NCBI GenBank assembly: GCA_963676795.2
Contig: CAXXTB010000002.1
Span: 2,144,001 to 2,208,000 of the forward strand
DNA from: Geopsychrobacteraceae bacterium
GTDB taxonomy: Bacteria; Desulfobacterota; Desulfuromonadia; Desulfuromonadales; Geopsychrobacteraceae
DNA: 64,000 nucleotides
Direction: 5' to 3'
Below, piece by piece: positions 61,345 to 64,000 of the stretch (positions within the stretch are counted from its first letter, which is position 1; each line of letters starts with the position of its first letter). The translations under genes and the position numbers were made by a program. The notes beneath the pieces are model-generated. The model was not told the origin of the DNA, searched no databases, and saw nothing but the letters and a program-made list of their open reading frames with translations.

Positions 61345-62187
61345 CTAATCAATCGGCAGTCGCTCATCCCGCGCCCACTCGTTCCAGGACCCCAGAAAAA
61401 GGCGGACATGGTAGAAACCGGCCAGAGTCAGGGCAATATAGGTATTGGCGGAGCGTGCGCCCTTGAAGCAGTAGAGGATGATGTTGTCCTCCGGCCTGAT
61501 CCCCTGTGCCTGGCACCAGGCGCGGATCGCGGCGGGCGATTTAAAGCGCACGGGATGCTGCCTCCGATCGAGAAACTCATACCACTCAAGCCATCTGGAC
61601 CCGGGAATCCGCCCCTTACGCGGTGCGAAATCGATACCGTACGGGGATGAACTGGTCCCCTGGCGCTCGTCGACATCACGATTATCGATGACAACGATTG
61701 AGCCATCATTTAACGAGGCGGCGACCTCATCGCGGGTGGCAATCAGCGCGGTTTGCGGGCTGACCTCAAAAGCCGAAGAGGCTACGGCTGTCTCCTCTGT
61801 CGTCAGTGAATAGCCGGCGGCTTTCCAGCCATCGAGTCCAGCGTCGAGGATAGCCACATGCGGATGTCCGGCGTAGGTCAGCAGCCAGAAACCCCGGCAG
61901 GACCCACCGTAGCGGGTATCGAGACTCTCCTCATAAACAACCACCGGCTTCTCTTTGCTGATACCGGCCTTGCGCATCAGCAGGCCCAGCTCAAAATGGG
62001 TCATCTCCAGCCCCTCGGGCGTCGATTCAGCCAGATAATAAAACAGCTGCGGGAGACTGATCGCCCCTTCTATGTGCCCACTGAGATAATCCTCGCGATC
62101 ACGAACGTCAATAAGCGTGACCCGATCCTGCGCCAGCAGATTTTTGAGTTCAGTGGCTGTACACAATAATCGGTTCTGATGTTTCAT
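61345..62187 (-). CDS. Tandem-domain rhodanese / thiosulfate sulfurtransferase
   Basis: IDVR..EDYLSGHIEGA, GRIPGS, active-site loop YCFKGARS, FLGSWNEWA. Confidence 0.9.
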   Translation of the reverse strand: MKHQNRLLCTATELKNLLAQDRVTLIDVRDREDYLSGHIEGAISLPQLFYYLAESTPEGLEMTHFELGLLMRKAGISKEKPVVVYEESLDTRYGGSCRGFWLLTYAGHPHVAILDAGLDGWKAAGYSLTTEETAVASSAFEVSPQTALIATRDEVAASLNDGSIVVIDNRDVDERQGTSSSPYGIDFAPRKGRIPGSRWLEWYEFLDRRQHPVRFKSPAAIRAWCQAQGIRPEDNIILYCFKGARSANTYIALTLAGFYHVRLFLGSWNEWARDERLPID

Positions 62188-62695
62188 AGTTCCTTGATCC
62201 CGCAACAGACAAGCACTTCGAATATTCCCACAAAGACTTTTTTGACCTCAAAATAGAATAATACTATTAATCGAGGCTCTGCTGTGAAGATGCTGTTACT
62301 TTTTGAAGTGAAAAACTTACCGTTCCTTCATTCCCCGTTACTGGGCAAGCTGTAAAAATCTGATTCTTTTCAACATTCCGAAAAAAAACCGCAAAAATCT
62401 GTGTACAATCATAAAGGTCTCTTGGGAAGCATTAAAGTTGCATAAGCGTTTTATCAACTTTTGCAATTTTTTTTTTATTTCTGCAAAGAAACTGGATTGT
62501 TTTAGATGTATGTTTTTAGCGCATTGAAAGTTTATCAGCCAAGGACCAGACCGTTTAAAGCGCAGGTCAGAATCAGGCAGTTTTTCATATAGGCTTCACG
62601 ACGAAGCGAATTCAAAGACGAAAGGAGTGCGAACTCAGGCAGACCAGTAACGCATCACATCATCGTAGTTAATCTATTAACTGTAAGGAGGATGT

Positions 62696-64000
62696 ATGGC
62701 TAAGAAAAGCCCCGAAGATGTTTTAGGCAAGACGCTGATCAGGGATATCAGCTTCTGCGGTGTCCCCGAGAACGGCTCCAATGCCTCTATGGTCGATGTC
62801 AAAGATGGCAAGATCCTGCGTATCAGACCGATGCGTTATGACTGGAAATACGATCCTGAAAAGGATATGAACCCCTGGAAGTTCGAAGCGCGCGGCAAAA
62901 CCTTTGAGCCGAGCATGAAAACCCTTATCCCCCCCTATTCTATTGCCTATAAAAAACGTGTCTATTCCCCAGCCCGCATCCGCTACCCGATGAAGCGTAT
63001 CGACTTCGACCCGAACGGCGAACGCAACCCGCAGAACCGCGGCAAGAGCAAGTATGTGCGCATCTCCTGGGATGAAGCCCTCGATATCATCGTCAGCGAG
63101 ATGGAACGGATCAAGGCCACCTACGGCCCGACAGCTCTGCTCTACCAGTGTGACCAGCACGGTGAGAACAAGGTCGTCCAGGCCTGCCACGGTGCCGGCC
63201 GCAAGCTGCTGCGCAAGTGGGGCGGCTTCACCCTGCAGATCCGCCAGCCGGACAGCTGGGAAGGCTGGTGGTGGGGGAGCAAGCACTTCTGGGGCTGCGA
63301 ACCGGTCGGCCAGGGGATGCAGAGCAACCTGCTCTACGACATCGCCCAGAACACCGAACTGCTGCTGTTCTGGGGCTGCGACCAGGAGACCACCCCCTGG
63401 GGCTGGCAGGGGCAGCTCCCCTCGCGCCTGAGCTACTGGTACACCGAACTCGGCATCAAGCAGATCTATGTCTGCCCTGACGTCAACTACGCCGCCGCCG
63501 TCCATGCCGACCGCTGGATTCCTGTCCTGCCGAACACCGATGCCGCCCTCTACCTGGCGATCTGCTACCACTGGTTCAAGCACGGCACCTACGACAAGGA
63601 ATATCTCGAAACCCACGCCATCGGCGTCGACAAGTTCGAAGCCTACGTCATGGGTGACGAAGACGGTATCCCGAAAACCCCGGAATGGGCCGCCGAGAAG
63701 TGCGGTGTGCCGTCGCGCACCATCAAAGCCCTGGCCGAAGAGTGGGCGAGCAAGCGTACCACGGTCGTCATCGGTAACGGCGGCCCCGGCATCAGGGGAC
63801 CATACGCGACCGAACCGGCCCGCCTGCAGTGTATCTGCCTGGCCATGCAGGGCCTTGGCAAGCCGGGCTGCAACCAGGCCAAGATGATCGAATGGGGCTT
63901 GTTCGACAAGCCGGATCAGTACGCCCAGCCCAAACCGCTGCGCGTCCCTTACCTGCGCAAGGCCTACACCGGCGGACATCCGGACGAATCGAACCATCCG
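62696..64000 (+). CDS. Pyrogallol-phloroglucinol transhydroxylase large subunit (AthL)-like Mo-bisPGD enzyme, 5' part; runs off the window edge
   Basis: AAGGAGG RBS; hand translation MAKKSPED...VDVKDGKILRIRP...WKFEARGKTF...YPMKRIDFDPNGERNPQNRG...ISWDEA...QPDSWEGWWWG. No in-frame stop seen. Not in the ORF track. Confidence 0.88.
   Translation, partial: MAKKSPEDVLGKTLIRDISFCGVPENGSNASMVDVKDGKILRIRPMRYDWKYDPEKDMNPWKFEARGKTFEPSMKTLIPPYSIAYKKRVYSPARIRYPMKRIDFDPNGERNPQNRGKSKYVRISWDEALDIIVSEMERIKATYGPTALLYQCDQHGENKVVQACHGAGRKLLRKWGGFTLQIRQPDSWEGWWWGSKHFWGCEPVGQGMQSNLLYDIAQNTELLLFWGCDQETTPWGWQGQLPSRLSYWYTELGIKQIYVCPDVNYAAAVHADRWIPVLPNTDAALYLAICYHWFKHGTYDKEYLETHAIGVDKFEAYVMGDEDGIPKTPEWAAEKCGVPSRTIKALAEEWASKRTTVVIGNGGPGIRGPYATEPARLQCICLAMQGLGKPGCNQAKMIEWGLFDKPDQYAQPKPLRVPYLRKAYTGGHPDESNHP

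Noticed and set aside
62427..62442. Sigma54-like AAGCATTAAAGTTGCA upstream of the transhydroxylase-like gene
   Set aside because: The invariant -24 GG is AG.
62723..63997. 424-aa minus-strand ORF in the track
   Set aside because: Antisense shadow of the + strand Mo-enzyme gene, which has an RBS and family motifs.

Overview
Bacterial chromosomal DNA, most likely Desulfuromonadales (Geobacter/Pelobacter-like). The evidence is a eukaryote-type citrate synthase, a dusB-ntrB-ntrC block and a Geobacter-type pilin sequence; the taxon is inferred, not searched. About 1-35.5 kb is mostly housekeeping and signalling: cysK, Smr, mltD, hflX, fabI, leuCD, ilvBN, a TAXI-TRAP transporter, an RlmI-like methyltransferase, gltA, dusB-ntrB-ntrC, a sigma54-driven MCP/CheW unit beside a two-component system, and dnaB. 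About 35.6-47.4 kb is an accessory catabolic/respiratory cluster: AraC, MarR, a TRAP transporter, two soluble Mo/W-bisPGD enzymes each with a 4Fe-4S subunit, and an FAD oxidoreductase, with a shared palindromic operator. The rest holds pncB, mrp, lon, an SDR, DUF362, DedA-PAP2 and a rhodanese. It also holds two unusual fusions (zinc-ribbon/TM2/uncleavable pilin, and REC/NrtA-like binding domain/CheW) and the 5' part of a pyrogallol transhydroxylase-like Mo enzyme. Two genes cut by the window edges (dynamin-like 1-354, transhydroxylase-like 62696-64000) are missing from the ORF track and were translated by hand. I saw no rRNA, tRNA, CRISPR array, transposase or integrase. All family calls come from motif recognition and memory, not database searches.
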